DNA of 63,320 nucleotides, the filler included, from Octopus bimaculoides (lineage: Eukaryota), in assembly GCF_001194135.2 (NCBI RefSeq). It is 5 parts of 4 records of this genome, joined end to end, with 100 filler letters (N's around TTAATTAATTAA, not from the genome) between each part and the next. Parts side by side here need not be neighbours in the genome. Positions count along the whole stretch, not along the records: positions 38,649 to 53,222 come from NC_068987.1; 4 more parts are not named here. One strand, written 5' to 3'. The notes beneath the pieces were generated by a model. That model was not told the origin of the DNA, made no database searches, and worked only from the letters and a program-made list of their open reading frames with translations. A program made the position numbers and the translations under genes. This document shows, in pieces, positions 38,650-51,166 of the stretch. Within the stretch, counting starts at the first letter, position 1; every line of letters starts with the position of its first letter.

Positions 38650-39123
38650 ACAAAACAAAACATCTCGAGGATTGAATCACCCCAGAGGGCACTCACTAAA
38701 CGAATTGAAGGCATGACTGATGCCGATTATCGGGATCGCCTCAAAGCCTTGAAACTCTACTCCCTCCAGCGCCGCCGCGAGGGGTACATCATTTGTACGT
38801 TTTGGAGGATATACCGCCAGCATTGCCCAAACGACCTGATCATTAGTTTCAAGGTTCATCCAAGGCTGGGACCACGGGTCATACGTCCCCTGTCCAATTC
38901 AGGATCACAACATATAGGTACACTGCGACATAATTTCTTTTCCTTAACAGGCCCTGCCCTGTTTAATATTGTCCCCAAATGGATCAAAGAGGAAAAGGAT
39001 CTCATCACCTTTAAACAGAGTCTGAACAGATTTCTTCAAGGAATACCAGATAAGCCACCCATATCTGGATACAACTCACTCAACAAGAACTCACTACTTG
39101 AATGGACCAAAAACAAAACTTGA
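38650..39123 (+). mobile_element. CR1-clade LINE ORF2 C-terminus
   Basis: IESPQRALTKRIEGMTDADYRDRLKALKLYSLQRRRE...GPALFNIVPK...FKQSLNRFLQGIPDKP...NSLLEW. Confidence 0.88.
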
Positions 39124-39759
39124 CTTAAAAAGGATAGATGGATGGATGGTTGCGGTGGTGTGGTACTCTCTTTCTCCATTGGACTTTAGACCATCAAGTA
39201 TGACAACTTCAGAGCCTCTACGTGTTCGTTCGATCACATTTGGTATTAACAGATAAGACGAATACATGAATACATGAGACAATGTAGTCTTAATTGATGG
39301 GATGGTCACAGCGGAAATTCCTTTCATTGTAAGTTTGCCCAATCAGGTTTGGTCCTGGGGTTAACTCTTTGCTTGACTAATGCACTTTTTCATTAGTTTT
39401 TTTTTTTTTCTGAACGTACACGATTGTTTTCAGACTTTCAGTTAATCCTCGTTTCATATACTTTCCGAGTAATATAAAGCTCTTTCCATTCATAATTCTC
39501 AAGTTACGTTACTTGAAAAAAAAATTAAAAAAANNNNNNNNNNNNNNNNNNNAAAAAAAAAAAAAAAAATGGGAATGAGTACCAACGGGGTCTGATTATA
39601 TCCGAGATGTTACACTGAAGCAGTGTTCATTCGAAGACAACCTTCGTAGAGGATCAAATACGAAGCTGTTTTGAATGTTCTTAATAAATTTTCACGGTAG
39701 GCCTTATTTACTAATACCTTGCCTGCACTGTTGAGTACCTTGTATGTTATTTATTTCAG

Positions 39760-40103
39760 TCATTAGACTGTGGCCATGCTGGGGTACTGCCTTGAAATGT
39801 TCAGTCGAGCAAATCGACCTCAGTACTTTTTTTTAAAAATCTGGTACTTATTCAAGCGTTCTCTCTTACCGAACTGCTGTGCTATGAGGATGTAAGCAAA
39901 CCAATACCGGTTGACATGCGGTGCAGATGACAAACACGCACACACAGACGACAGGCTTGTACACTGTTTCTGTCTAACACATTCCCTCACAAGCCATGGA
40001 TGGGCCAGGAGTTATAGTATTAAACACTTGCTCAAGGTGCCACGCAGTGGGAATGAACTCCAAACTATGTAGTTAGGAAGTAAGCCTCTTACCACACAGC
40101 CAT
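39760..40103 (-). mobile_element. SINE family A, diverged full-length copy
   Basis: gactgtggccatgctgggg...ctggtacttattc...aaacacttgctcaaggtgccacgcagtgggaatgaactc...ccacacagcc. Confidence 0.8.
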
Positions 40104-40494
40104 GCGTGCAACTATATACGTGTGTATGTGTGTGTGCACGTGTGTGTGGACATGCATGTGTTAAAATCAGAGTATCACGGCATCTGGCAAATCTGAGACA
40201 TCAGAATATACAAGGTGGTGCCGAGATGTTCCTGATTTTAAGGGTGTCGCGAAAGGCCTCGTTGGTGGCCAAACCTTTAATGCTTTTTTACAGGATTTAG
40301 AAAAATACTGAAGCACCGCTGCAATGAGTGTATGAATCAGAGAGGGGCCTATGTTGAATGAAATCGTAATTAACTGATTCTCCTGTATTTTCTTTTACTC
40401 AAAGTCAGGAACTTTTCATCACCCACTCGTATCAAGAAGTCAGTAGACATTAAATGAACTGTAACAAGCCTGAAAATAGATGTTGGTTACTGAT

Positions 40495-40695
40495 TTTGAC
40501 ACAAAGTCAGTAATTTCGGGAGAGGAGGGAGATCAATTACATCGACCCTAGTGCTCAAATGATACTTATTTTATCGACTCTGAAAGGAATGAAAAGTTAA
40601 CTGAATTCCGGCGGCATTTGAACTCTGAACGTAAGATCAGAAGAAATGCCGCTAAGCATTTTGACCGGTGTGCCAACGATTCTGACAGCTGGCCG
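40495..40695 (-). mobile_element. SINE family B (another copy at 41255-41452)
   Basis: ttacatcgaccc...tttatcgac...ggcggcatttgaactctgaacgtaa...gctaagc. Confidence 0.8.
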
Positions 40696-41215
40696 CCCAC
40701 GAAATTTTTCCCCACACGAGTTCCGGACTCCAGCAATGAACTCATTTGCGTACAGCCAATCAGAGCTCACCTTGACCTTGTTATCAAGTTAAAAACACAC
40801 TCTACCAGGTAAACTCAAGACGAAGAAGTCGACCGATCGCCAAGTTATGCCTGATTTTAGGAGACAAATAATTAGATAGATATATATCTATACTTATTAT
40901 CGGATTTTGTTAGGGCCCCATATGGTAAAGATGTTGATGGGAAAAATGTGGGAGGGTGATGTGAATGCAACCCTCTCCCCTTACTGTTTTAGAAAGTAAA
41001 CAACAACACAAATAACCACTCAGAGGCAGCCATGGTTGAAACAAGAACAAGAACAACAAGCATTATTAAAGGAGAAAAGAAGCATGGTCATTCTTTACCC
41101 AAGTGACCTTATGCGCTCATAAATTAGTTTGATAGTTGAGCTCTGGTTGGCTGTATGCAAATGAGTTCATACCTGGGGTCCGGCACTCTCGTGGGAAAAA
41201 AAAATTTCGCTGGCC
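40691..41215. mobile_element. Non-autonomous element with ~80-bp TIRs, copy 1 (superfamily unassigned)
   Basis: cgaaatttttccccacacgagttccggactccagcaatgaactcatttgcgtacagccaatcagagctc is mirrored at 41135-41215. Confidence 0.8.
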
Positions 41216-41699
41216 ACTCTAAAGAAATAGAAGATATTGATTTAAGATTTTGGCTGAAAGCCAGAAATTTAGTGGGGCGGACTAGACGATTACATCGACC
41301 CCAGTGCTCAACTGGTACATATTTTATCGATTCTGAAAGGGATGAAGAGTAAAGTCGACACTGGCGGCATTTCGACTCTGAACGTAAAGACGGACGAAAT
41401 ACTGCTAAGCTGTTTGCTTGGTGAGCCAACGATTCTGCCAGCTCGCCACCTTAAGGAAATAGAAAATATTAACAGTTGAACATTGGGGAATCCGAATCCA
41501 ATCAAAACATAATTTTGTTTCTTTTTACTTTTCTTTAAATTTTACTTTAAGGAGTTCAATATGACCGTCATTGAGGGAAGTCCCCGCCCTTTCAAATGCA
41601 AACCGGTCAAACGTGTTTTATATTTGTTATATGCGGCCTTGTCACCCACAATTAGTCCACAATACTTACTACCATGTGTCACTGAGCGGTAAGCAGCAG

Positions 41700-41981
41700 T
41701 AGCACTAGAACCATCACCAACACCATCACCAACACCAACACCAACACCATCATCATCAACATTAACATCAATAATCCTCACCCCACAACAGTCCCCACCA
41801 AGAATCATCCCCGTCGTCGGCTACACCCTTACTATCTACCTTGATCATTAATTGCAACTCCTGTCATCTGACCATTATTATAATAAGGTACGACCAACAC
41901 GACCATCATCTTCACAACTATCGTCACCAGCACCAGCACCCCCATCCTCCTCCTCCTCCTCCTCCTCCTCCTCCGCCTCCC

Positions 41982-42022
<41 letters not shown>
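41700..42022. repeat. Low-complexity (CAC/CAT/CCT)n tract
   Basis: Direct reading. Confidence 0.9.
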
Positions 42023-42024
<2 letters not shown>

Positions 42025-42072
42025 TTTCAGTGTTAATGACAGTATTCAATATAGCCATCGCCGTTATTCGTA

Positions 42073-42312
42073 TGCAGTAATCTCTTGACTATCGCGGGTG
42101 TTAGGTTCCAACCCCCCTCCCCCCACCGCGATTGGGGGAAAATCCGCGAAGTAGAAACAGTATTGTACTGTATATTTAAAAAAAAAATAATTTCTATAAC
42201 TTGTATGTGTTTATTTTATTATAAATACAAAAACAACACCTCGGAGGAATCGACGTAAGCTTAAATAATAAACCGCGATAGGTGATCCGCGATACGGCGA
42301 GGAATTACAGTA
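42073..42312. mobile_element. Tigger/pogo-like MITE
   Basis: TIR-like ends cagtaatctcttgactatcgcgg / ccgcgatacggcgaggaattacagta. Confidence 0.65.
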
Positions 42313-42364
42313 ACCTCAGCTGCTGCTTTTGCCGCTATTGTTGTTGGTGTTGCTGTTATACTAA

Positions 42365-42403
<39 letters not shown>

Positions 42404-42520
42404 ATATCTATCTATCTATCTATCTATCTATCTCCCCCTCTCTGTCTCCCTCACACTCATACACCTTCACACACACACTCACTCACTCACACACACACAC
42501 ACACACGCACACACACACAT

Positions 42521-42675
42521 GACAAGCTTTCAGTCTCTGTCTGCCAAATCTACTCACAAAGGCTTTGGTCGGCCTATGGTTTTATAAAAAGACACTTGCC
42601 CAAGGTGTCACGCAGTGGGACTGAACCCAAGATCGCATTGTTGAGAAGCAAGCTTCTTACTAACGCTACTACGCC
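42521..42675 (-). mobile_element. SINE family A 5' half
   Basis: ctactcacaaaggctttggtcggcc...agacacttgcccaaggtgtcacgcagtgggactgaaccc. Confidence 0.85.
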
Positions 42676-43340
42676 CGTCATATTTTTCCGATAAAGTAAA
42701 ATGTATTCGCTCCTTGGTTAAGAACCCGAACACTTAAACTTCATATGAATTCCCTGATGATAATGATGACGATGCTGATGATAATGATGATGATGATGAT
42801 GATGACGACGATGATGATGATGATGATGGTGGAGGTGGTGATGTTGACAGTGGTGATGACGATAGATCGATGATTCACTCTGAAGGTGGTTATAAAAATG
42901 TGCTATCTCATTAGATTTTTTGATTATTTCTTTTGACAATTCTTTCCTTTTCTTTTTCTTTTCTTCTCTTTCAAGAAATGAGTTATTTCTTCATATTGCT
43001 TTGACATTGTTCAATAACCTGTTTGGAACAATAACCCAACATCAGCTGGATCACAGGCCAAATAAATCTTTTTATTCTCGCAGACCGGTGGAACTTGTCC
43101 TCTGTTTAGAATGACTGTAATTTCACCCAATTCTATGGCCCAACAATAGTCTCCTATAACATTTCTGGTCTGTGTAGAATTGGTTTCACTAACAATTGAA
43201 ATCATTTTTCGTGAAGATTGATGAGAAAGAATATGAAACTTAAATGACAGATTCAATGCAGAGAGTGCTATGTATAAACAGTAAGCAAAACAAGACTTTA
43301 CATAACCTTTCACACACACAAACACACTGTTATGTTAATA

Positions 43341-43377
<37 letters not shown>

Positions 43378-44182
43378 TATTGTTGACGTCATAGAAATTC
43401 ATAAACTTTTGTCAGAAGGTGAAATCATTTTTTTGAAGTGGATCTCGAATCACGTAACTGCTATAAATTATAACTGGTAAATTCCGAGTTGAAACATCGG
43501 GCAGCCTTCGATTTTTTTTCTATTCAAAATACCTTACTTTTATTTTATATACGTGCATAAAAGTATAAATACATGCGAAATTTTATTTCTCTTAAAAGCG
43601 AAAGAACGGCATAAAATATATCAATACACGGCCTCATTTTGTGAAATAGATTCTACGCGAGCGCAATATTTTGAAACTAAAGAACAAGCAACTTTTAGCT
43701 CGAGATATTTAAATATTTATGGCTGTATGTATTATATTGTCCCCTTAATCCTCTGTATTGAACTCCTCGTGTTTGTAATACAATGATATCAAAGTAAATA
43801 CCTGTAACTTCAAAGCGAAATTCGCAATTTCAAACTGAACGCATATAGGAAAACTTACATTGAGCTAAAATGGTTATTCCTTAACAGTGTTTCGTTTTGT
43901 TATGCCCAATAAACAACTTCATGTGGACGTGGTACAAAGAAAACGACAATCTATAATGGAGGTTGTATTAATTTGAAGAAGGTAAACTGAATGGCGTAGC
44001 TGGCCGAAACTTCGAAGTCACTCTCAACAACATTCTTGCGTAAGAATATTAAATTTGTATTGTACGAAAGTCTAGAGTAACCCATAAGATTAATTTAAAA
44101 TTGTTTCTATTATAACTGAACATAAAAACNNNNNNNNNNATATATATATATATATATAGATAGATATATACACACACACATA

Positions 44183-44470
44183 CATGATGATGGCCGTCCA
44201 CTGGTGTCCGAGGAAGACCATTGCTGACCTTTAAGAACATTGTGCGCTCCGTTGATGGCTAATGAGCCCTGCTCTTGACAAGCATACACGATTGCAAACA
44301 TTGCAAACCAAGCTTTCCCCATTCACTACGCTAGCAGTGCGCTTTCGAGCAGCAAGCTTAAATTCTTTATGCAGAATACGTGCTCTTTCAAAGGTGTCGA
44401 CCCCCTCCTTAACCTGCTTCCTCCATCTGTGGTGATGACAGGCATTGCTCTCCTAGTCGGTTTCCTGCAT
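44183..44470 (-). mobile_element. RTE (BovB-like) extreme 3' end with a C2H2-like motif
   Basis: WRKQVKEGVDTFERARILHKEFK...LVCNVCNRVCLSRAGLISHQRS* followed by an atggtcttcctcggacacc...(cat)n tail. Confidence 0.8.
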
Positions 44471-44534
44471 TTGTGTGTGAGTGTAAGTGCATGAATGTAT
44501 GTATATATATATGTCTATTCGTTTGTTCAGTCGT

Positions 44535-45996
44535 TTATAGTCCTAATATTGTGCTGTTGATTTCTTTTCCTTTTCCATTTGTGAAAGCACTTGGAAATTG
44601 AAATCTGTTCTTTCCAATTGTTCCAACTAAATTAGTTTTCTTTCTAAGCAACTTTTGAGTCAATCTTAGACTTATAAAAAAAAAATTATCACAAGTTATA
44701 TTGCAACCAGTTTTTTCAAGTTCTTTTACTAGGTCTTCAACAACTCTTGAACCTTGATTCGTCTCTCTCCTTTTTGCTGGATATTTTAGAGTGGAGATTT
44801 GTATTTTCCAGGCATAAGATGTTTCCCTGTCGCATATTGCCCAAATTTTAATTCCATATTTCCCTGGTTTTGAAGGAATATATACCCGGAATGGGAATCG
44901 CCCTCTGAATGAAACTAATTGTTCATCAACCGTCATGCATGAACTTGGAACATATCCATCTTGCACATTCTGATTCCACACATCAAATACTCCTCCTATG
45001 GGCTCCAATTTATCATTACTTCACGTTTTTCTTCTTGCATTAGCATCATTAAAACGCAATACTAATGAAATCTATTGAAATCTTCCCCGGCTCACAATTT
45101 TGTCGAATATTGGGCGACCATCTTCTTGACTCCATAACTGTGTGACGTTTTCGTGTTTAGATTTATAAATACCTATAAGAATAATCAGTTCAATAAATTT
45201 CTTTAGTTCAGACTGATCAATTTCTTTCTATTTATCTTTGTAAATAACTTGACCTTCAACATTTGTCCATTTACGAATTACTTCAAGAAGATTCAGGCGC
45301 ATAAAGATAGTAAAACATAGCAAAGCGGGATGGTCCACATTGTTGGCGCACAATATTGCAAGATGAAGTTCTTACTGCTACTTGAGTAAGAGGATTAGAA
45401 TGCCAAACTGCTTGTCTGTCTCTAGAAACATAATGCTCATTCATAATTAGGTGGCTTGCAGATAATTGTTTTTGAGTATCTTCATCATCTGATGACACAG
45501 AACATATACTGTCCAGCACATAATTACTTTCACCATCTTCAGAATAATAGAAGGAATCACTACTATCTTCTTCCCATTCTTCATCTATTTCCAATAACCT
45601 TTTCGATATTTGGTCTTCACTCAAGTTTTCACGTCTAGGCATATTGGAAAGCACAACTGAACTATATGAAACTTGATAGCAGACTAAAGGGAGATATTGC
45701 TCTCTCACATATTTATACTCTCCTGAAAGATGATGTGATATATTGTAAGAATTGTGTCGTCACATAGAAATATTGCATCACCCTATAACCTAGCAGATTG
45801 AAGGTGATGCAATGCCACACAAATTTACAGGAATATTTTCATAATTTTATCTAAAATTCAGCAAATAAGTTGAATACAGTTTTATCTATTTTATATCTGA
45901 TAAATATTTAGGAAAATAATATTTGATACTGCTTAGAATGATAAGAGTATTGTCTGAATTTAATTCGAGGGTCCAATGGACCCATACGGTAATTAA
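44535..45996 (-). mobile_element. piggyBac (PGBD4-like) transposon 5' half, degenerate transposase
   Basis: MTVDEQLVSFRGRFPFRVYIPSKPGKYGIKIWAICD...NITCDNFF...LVGTIGKNR; acidic N-terminus at 45283-45708; terminus with TTAA (45993-45996) and subterminal gggtccaatggaccc. Confidence 0.92.
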
Positions 45997-46039
45997 CGTG
46001 AAATACCGCTAGACATTTCGCTCGGCGTGCTAACGTTTC

Positions 46040-46275
46040 TTATTTCTTTATTTCCCACAAGGGGCTAAACATAGAGGGGACAAACAAGGACAGACAAAGG
46101 GATTAAGTCGATTACATCAATCCCAATATGTAACTGGTACTTAATTTATCGACCCCCAAAAGGATGAAAAGCAAAGTCAACCTCGGCGGAATTTGAACTC
46201 AGAACGTAACGGAAGACGAAATACCGCTAAGCATTTCGCCCGGCGTGCTAACGTTTCTGCCAGCTCGTCGCCTTA
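46040..46275 (-). mobile_element. SINE family B, near full length
   Basis: ggcgacgagctggcagaaacgttagc head on the minus strand, gagttcaaattcc B-box, core motif. Confidence 0.88.
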
Positions 46276-47077
46276 AGACTTATAATATTTCTCCAAAACA
46301 AAACACGATTGAAATTAATTTAACCAATATTTTTATGAGTGAAATACAGTATTTCATCATTCAAAAGTTGGTAATAAAACACTACATACTCATTAATATA
46401 TCACCACTACAAACTATAATTTAAATTACCAGTAGCTAATATAAACCATACGATGTTTAAAGCTAATTAAACTGTTTAAGAGATAATTAATCTACAAGTA
46501 TTAACACTTACATATTTAATCAGACACACAATTCCCTCACTATGAATTTAAAGAGCCAACTAAATATTGATGACGTAGTGAGTAGTTATTTCTCCATCAA
46601 TTGTTTTAATATTGGTGACGTAGTAAGCAAATAATTCGAATCGTAAACCTTCAAATCCTTACAAATATTTGCTAAGCTGAAGGCTAGATATTACCCCATA
46701 TTTATTTAAAATTTCAAGTGACTAAAAGTTGACTAAAAGTTGTAGGCAATTTATCATATTTATACCCTTGTTTTACTAAATGTCTTGGATCTTTTTTAAA
46801 ACGGGGGCCACATTTTTCATTAATGTTTTACGTAGTGTTTTTGGTACCGAAAGACTTTCAAACTTCGTATACTTATCTATTTTGTGTTATAGAACAGAAA
46901 AATATTTTTGTATTCGAATTTATTTCATGTAAAAAATTGTCTTATTTCGATAATTTCAACCAATCACTGACAAGTATTCAGTTGTTTATATTTACTCCTT
47001 TGGCTGATTAAGCGGTGTAAAGCGTATTTAATTTCCATAGCTTCGTTTTGCTTTTTTCTTTTTAAATTTGCTGTTTT

Positions 47078-47113
47078 ACCCTAACCCTAACCCTAACCCT
47101 AACCTTAACCCTA
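47078..47113. repeat. (CCCTAA)n telomere-like repeat
   Basis: accctaaccctaaccctaaccctaaccttaacccta. Confidence 0.8.
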
Positions 47114-47896
47114 TCACCGATAGAATTGTTTCAGAATCGTTTGTTTATGTAGTCGGCACTTAATGTATATCGGCTGAATGAACNNNNNNNNNNNNNNNNN
47201 NNNNNNNNNNNNNNNNNNNNNNNNNNNNNNNNNNNNNNNNNNNNNNNNNNNNNNNNNNNNNNNNNNNNNNNNNNNNNNNNNNNNNNNNNNNNNNNNNNNN
47301 NNNNNNNNNNNNNNNNNNNNNNNNNNNNNNNNNNNNNNNNNNNNNNNNNNNNNNNNNNNNNNNNNNNNNNNNNNNNNNNNNNNNNNNNNNNNNNNNNNNN
47401 NNNNNNNNNNNNNNNNNNNNNNNNNNNNNNNNNNNNNNNNNNNNNNNNNNNNNNNNNNNNNNNNNNNNNNNNNNNNNNNNNNNNNNNNNNNNNNNNNNNN
47501 NNNNNNNNNNNNNNNNNNNNNNNNNNNNNNNNNNNNNNNNNNNNNNNNNNNNNNNNNNNNNNNNNNNNNNNNNNNNNNNNNNNNNNNNNNNNNNNNNNNN
47601 NNNNNNNNNNNNNNNNNNNNNNNNNNNNNNNNNNNNNNNNNNNNNNNNNNNNNNNNNNNNNNNNNNNNNNNNNNNNNNNNNNNNNNNNNNNNNNNNNNNN
47701 NNNNNNNNNNNNNNNNNNNNNNNNNNNNNNNNNNNNNNNNNNNNNNNNNNNNNNNNNNNNNNNNNNNNNNNNNNNNNNNNNNNNNNNNNNNNNNNNNNNN
47801 NNNNNNNNNNNNNNNNNNNNNNNNNNNNNNNNNNNNNNNNNNNNNNNNNNNNNNNNNNNNNNNNNNNNNNNNNNNNTATATATGTATATATATATG

Positions 47897-47964
<68 letters not shown>

Positions 47965-48218
47965 TGTGTGAAAAATGGATTTAAAAAAATCCAGGTAGAT
48001 ATCAATAAAGTACTCACTTTTAAAAGAATTTGGTTAACAATATGCAACAGATAGACACCAGTAGATGTAAAGTAGACTATGCATCCAAGATAACTCTTCA
48101 TATATGACAAGTAAATTCAAATATCCTATGAGAGAATTTTGAGACTGCAAGAAAATGCGTATAGAGAAAATTACACCTTTATTAGAATTCTCACCTTATA
48201 AATCCTTTTCTTTTGCAT

Positions 48219-48252
<34 letters not shown>

Positions 48253-48665
48253 CTTAGGTCCCGGTAGGGTGTAAAAGCAGAGTGTTTCCAAAGAAGCACT
48301 CAACCCGAATTCTGGGATATCAACACTGTCGGGTTTCAAACCAGTGCCGAAATTCTTCAGCTGTAGAAAATTCTGGTTTCGCGACGGTAACACCATTGTG
48401 TGGGTTTGGAGAAGAGTAAATTATAATCCAGATACTAAGAAGACAGAGAAATTCTTTAACAAATTTTTAATGATAAGTTGCAATTGTTTTTGTACCAAAT
48501 TTGCTTGCAACACCAGTTTATGCGAAACATTGATGTGAAAATTTACGCAATATTTGCAGTTTTAGACATTAGAGTGGCAGTTCTATATTTAAGAGATGAG
48601 GAATTATTTACATTATTTACATTATCTACATTTGACGGATATTCGTCCTCATCTTGTTTGTTGTT

Positions 48666-48711
48666 AACACAACGTTTCGGCTGATATACCCTCCAGCCTT
48701 CGTCAGGTGTC
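48666..48711 (-). ncRNA. Minimal type-I hammerhead ribozyme motif
   Basis: Reverse complement reads GACAC-CUGACGA-A-GGCUG gaggguauau CAGCC-GAA-ACGU-U^GUGUU. Confidence 0.75.
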
Positions 48712-48877
48712 TTGGGGAAATTTCGAACCTGGGTTCTCATTCCTATCGATGTTACTATTATTATTATTATTATATTATTATNNNNNNNNNNGACCTGATT
48801 AATAATAATAATAATATAATAATAATAATAATAGTAACATCGATAGGAATGAGAACCCAGGTTCGAAATTTCTCCAA

Positions 48878-48923
48878 GACACCTGACGAAGGCTGGAGGG
48901 TATATCAGCCGAAACGTTGTGTT
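48878..48923 (+). ncRNA. Minimal type-I hammerhead ribozyme motif
   Basis: GACAC-CUGACGA-A-GGCUG gaggguauau CAGCC-GAA-ACGU-U^GUGUU; helix I GACAC/GUGUU, 5-bp helix II, palindromic AACGUU helix III. Confidence 0.75.
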
Positions 48924-49257
48924 AACAACAAGCAAGATGAGGACGAATATCCGTCAAATGTAGATAATGTAAATAATTAGAGTGGCACTTCATCAGACTC
49001 GCGTTGCAAGCGGAATTGATACAGAAATAATTGTGATGAATCACAAAAGAGGTGTGAAAGAATGTCTTTGGCTTCTTATCATTTGCAGCATGTATGTATG
49101 TATGCATGTATCTCATTGTTCAGTTTTATTTCAAGATTTTTTGCCAATAGAGAAAGAGCCGGTTTCTATATCCGAAGCCCCTTCAATGGAATTTCAACAT
49201 CAACAACAGGGTATTTTTGTCTGTCTGTCTGTCTGTCCGTCCGTCTGTATACGTGCG

Positions 49258-49640
49258 TGGAGGCGCAATGGCCCAGTGGTTAGGGCAGTGGACTCGCGGT
49301 CATAGCATCGCGGTTTCGGTTCTCAAACCGGGCGTTGTGAGTGTTTATTGAGCGAAAACACCTACAGCCCCACGAGGCTCCGGCAAGGGATGGTGGCGAA
49401 CCCTGCTGTACTCTTTCACCACAACTTTCTCTCACTCTTACTTCCTGTTTCTGTTGTGCCTGTAATTCAAAGGGTCAGCCTTGTCACACTGTCAAGCTGA
49501 ATATCCCCGAGAACTACGTTAAGGGTACACGTGTCTGTGGAGTGCTCAGCCACTTGCACGTTAATTTCACGAGTAGGCTGTTCCGTTGATCGGATCAACT
49601 GGAACCCTCGACGTCGTAATCGACGGAGTGCCAACAAAAA
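49258..49640 (+). mobile_element. SINE family C, full length
   Basis: ggaggcgcaatggcccagtggttagg A-box head; body near-identical to 19614-19981. Confidence 0.9.
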
Positions 49641-50478
49641 AATGTATACGTTCAGATTTTTAGGTTTTGCTTTATGCATGTATCCCCATGCATATAGTGG
49701 CATGCCTAGACATGCTCATATATATTTAAATGATGAACTTCTGGAAAGTTTTACAGATGTTTACAGTTCCAGTGATGGATTGGATCTGTAGTCTTCGAAT
49801 TAGCTTTCTCCTTTCTGGTTTTGAGAAGCTAATTTCTATGTATGTATGTATGTATGTATGTATGTACGTATGTATGTATACACATCCTCATGTACACACA
49901 CTCATGTGCGCACATAAAACGTTCTGCACATGCACTGGCTTTAAATATTTGCACGTACGCCTACACAGATGCACAATTAGCTCGTTGAAGTTGGGCATGA
50001 AATTTAGAAATAACGTTTAATAACATACACACACACACACACACATACGCACACACACAAATGCACACACACGCACATGCGCAATTGCACACACACATGT
50101 ACACGCGCATACTCACATACATGCGCGTGCACACACATACGCACGCACACACGCGCAGACACATATACGCACGCGTGCGCACACACATTCGCGTGCGTGC
50201 ACGCATGCACGCACACACTACGCACGCGCGTACACAGAGAGAAAGACACACACACACAAACACAGACAGATAGACACACACACACTGTATGTTTGTCTAC
50301 GCGTTTGCATTTGTCTTTCTTTTATTAGCGATCCAAAGGATAGAAGTGAACGTATAAGTTCTAAGGGAAATAACTCTTAGTTAATGACATTTTTCTGGTG
50401 TTGGGGAGATAAGCAGTTTAGAAAAACATTTTTCTGGGTAGAATCATAGTCGGTGGCAAATTGTCAGACTCATCACAG

Positions 50479-51166
50479 GGCCGGGCTGCGAAATTTTTTT
50501 TCCCACGAAAATTCCGGACCCCAGTAATGAACTCATTTGCATATAGCCAATCAGTGCTCACCTTTAAAATCTACGTACCGTGTACTACTACAGTACAACC
50601 AGTCATGCATAGAATGGTGTATGCCACTCTGTGAGTACAGCATGGCTGGTCTCACATAAGCACCACATCCGTCCCCACCATCCTCATAGAATAATTGAGC
50701 ACCATCTCTATATGGAGCTAACATTAGGTACCTATGCTCAGACTGAGATTAGTGATACTGCATGTACCCACTGATATAAGCAAGGAGGGCGCAATACGAC
50801 ACAACGCCATATTGATTACGATGTTTCCAGATCAACACTAATATTTTAAATTAGGAATGTACAAGATCAGTCAAAAAAATTAGGAAACCACACTCATTTA
50901 CATTTTCTAGTAAATTATGCAAATTGGCAACACTTATGGCATCATCTGTGGGCAGCTCTCCATTCACTTTATACACATTTGTCACCGCTATTAACCCATT
51001 TAGGACTGTTACATTTTGCTATAACGAACGTTTTCCATTGAACTCAACCAGAGTATTTTCGTAACTAGGTAGACACTAGTTTGATAGTTGAGCTCTGATT
51101 GGTTGCATACAAATGAGTTCATTACTGGGGTCCGGAACTCTCGTGGGAAAAGTTTCGCGGCCGGGC
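50479..51166. mobile_element. Non-autonomous element with ~80-bp TIRs, copy 2
   Basis: Same TIRs as 40691-41215 (50479-50561 and 51087-51166), different interior. Confidence 0.8.

Larger units (their letters stand above)
48580..48975. mobile_element. Foldback element family 1, best-preserved copy, with 12-bp TSD
   Basis: Inverted arms around an (att)n/N/(aat)n core; direct repeat attagagtggca at 48568-48579 and 48976-48987. Confidence 0.88.

Noticed and set aside
43965-44025. GGCC-GAA-ACUUCGAAGU-C palindrome resembling helix III plus GUC
   Set aside because: No intact CUGANGA at a suitable distance and no helix I partner.
48335-48365. Minus-strand CUGAAGA...GAAAC spacing
   Set aside because: No helix II or helix I pairing and no UH triplet.
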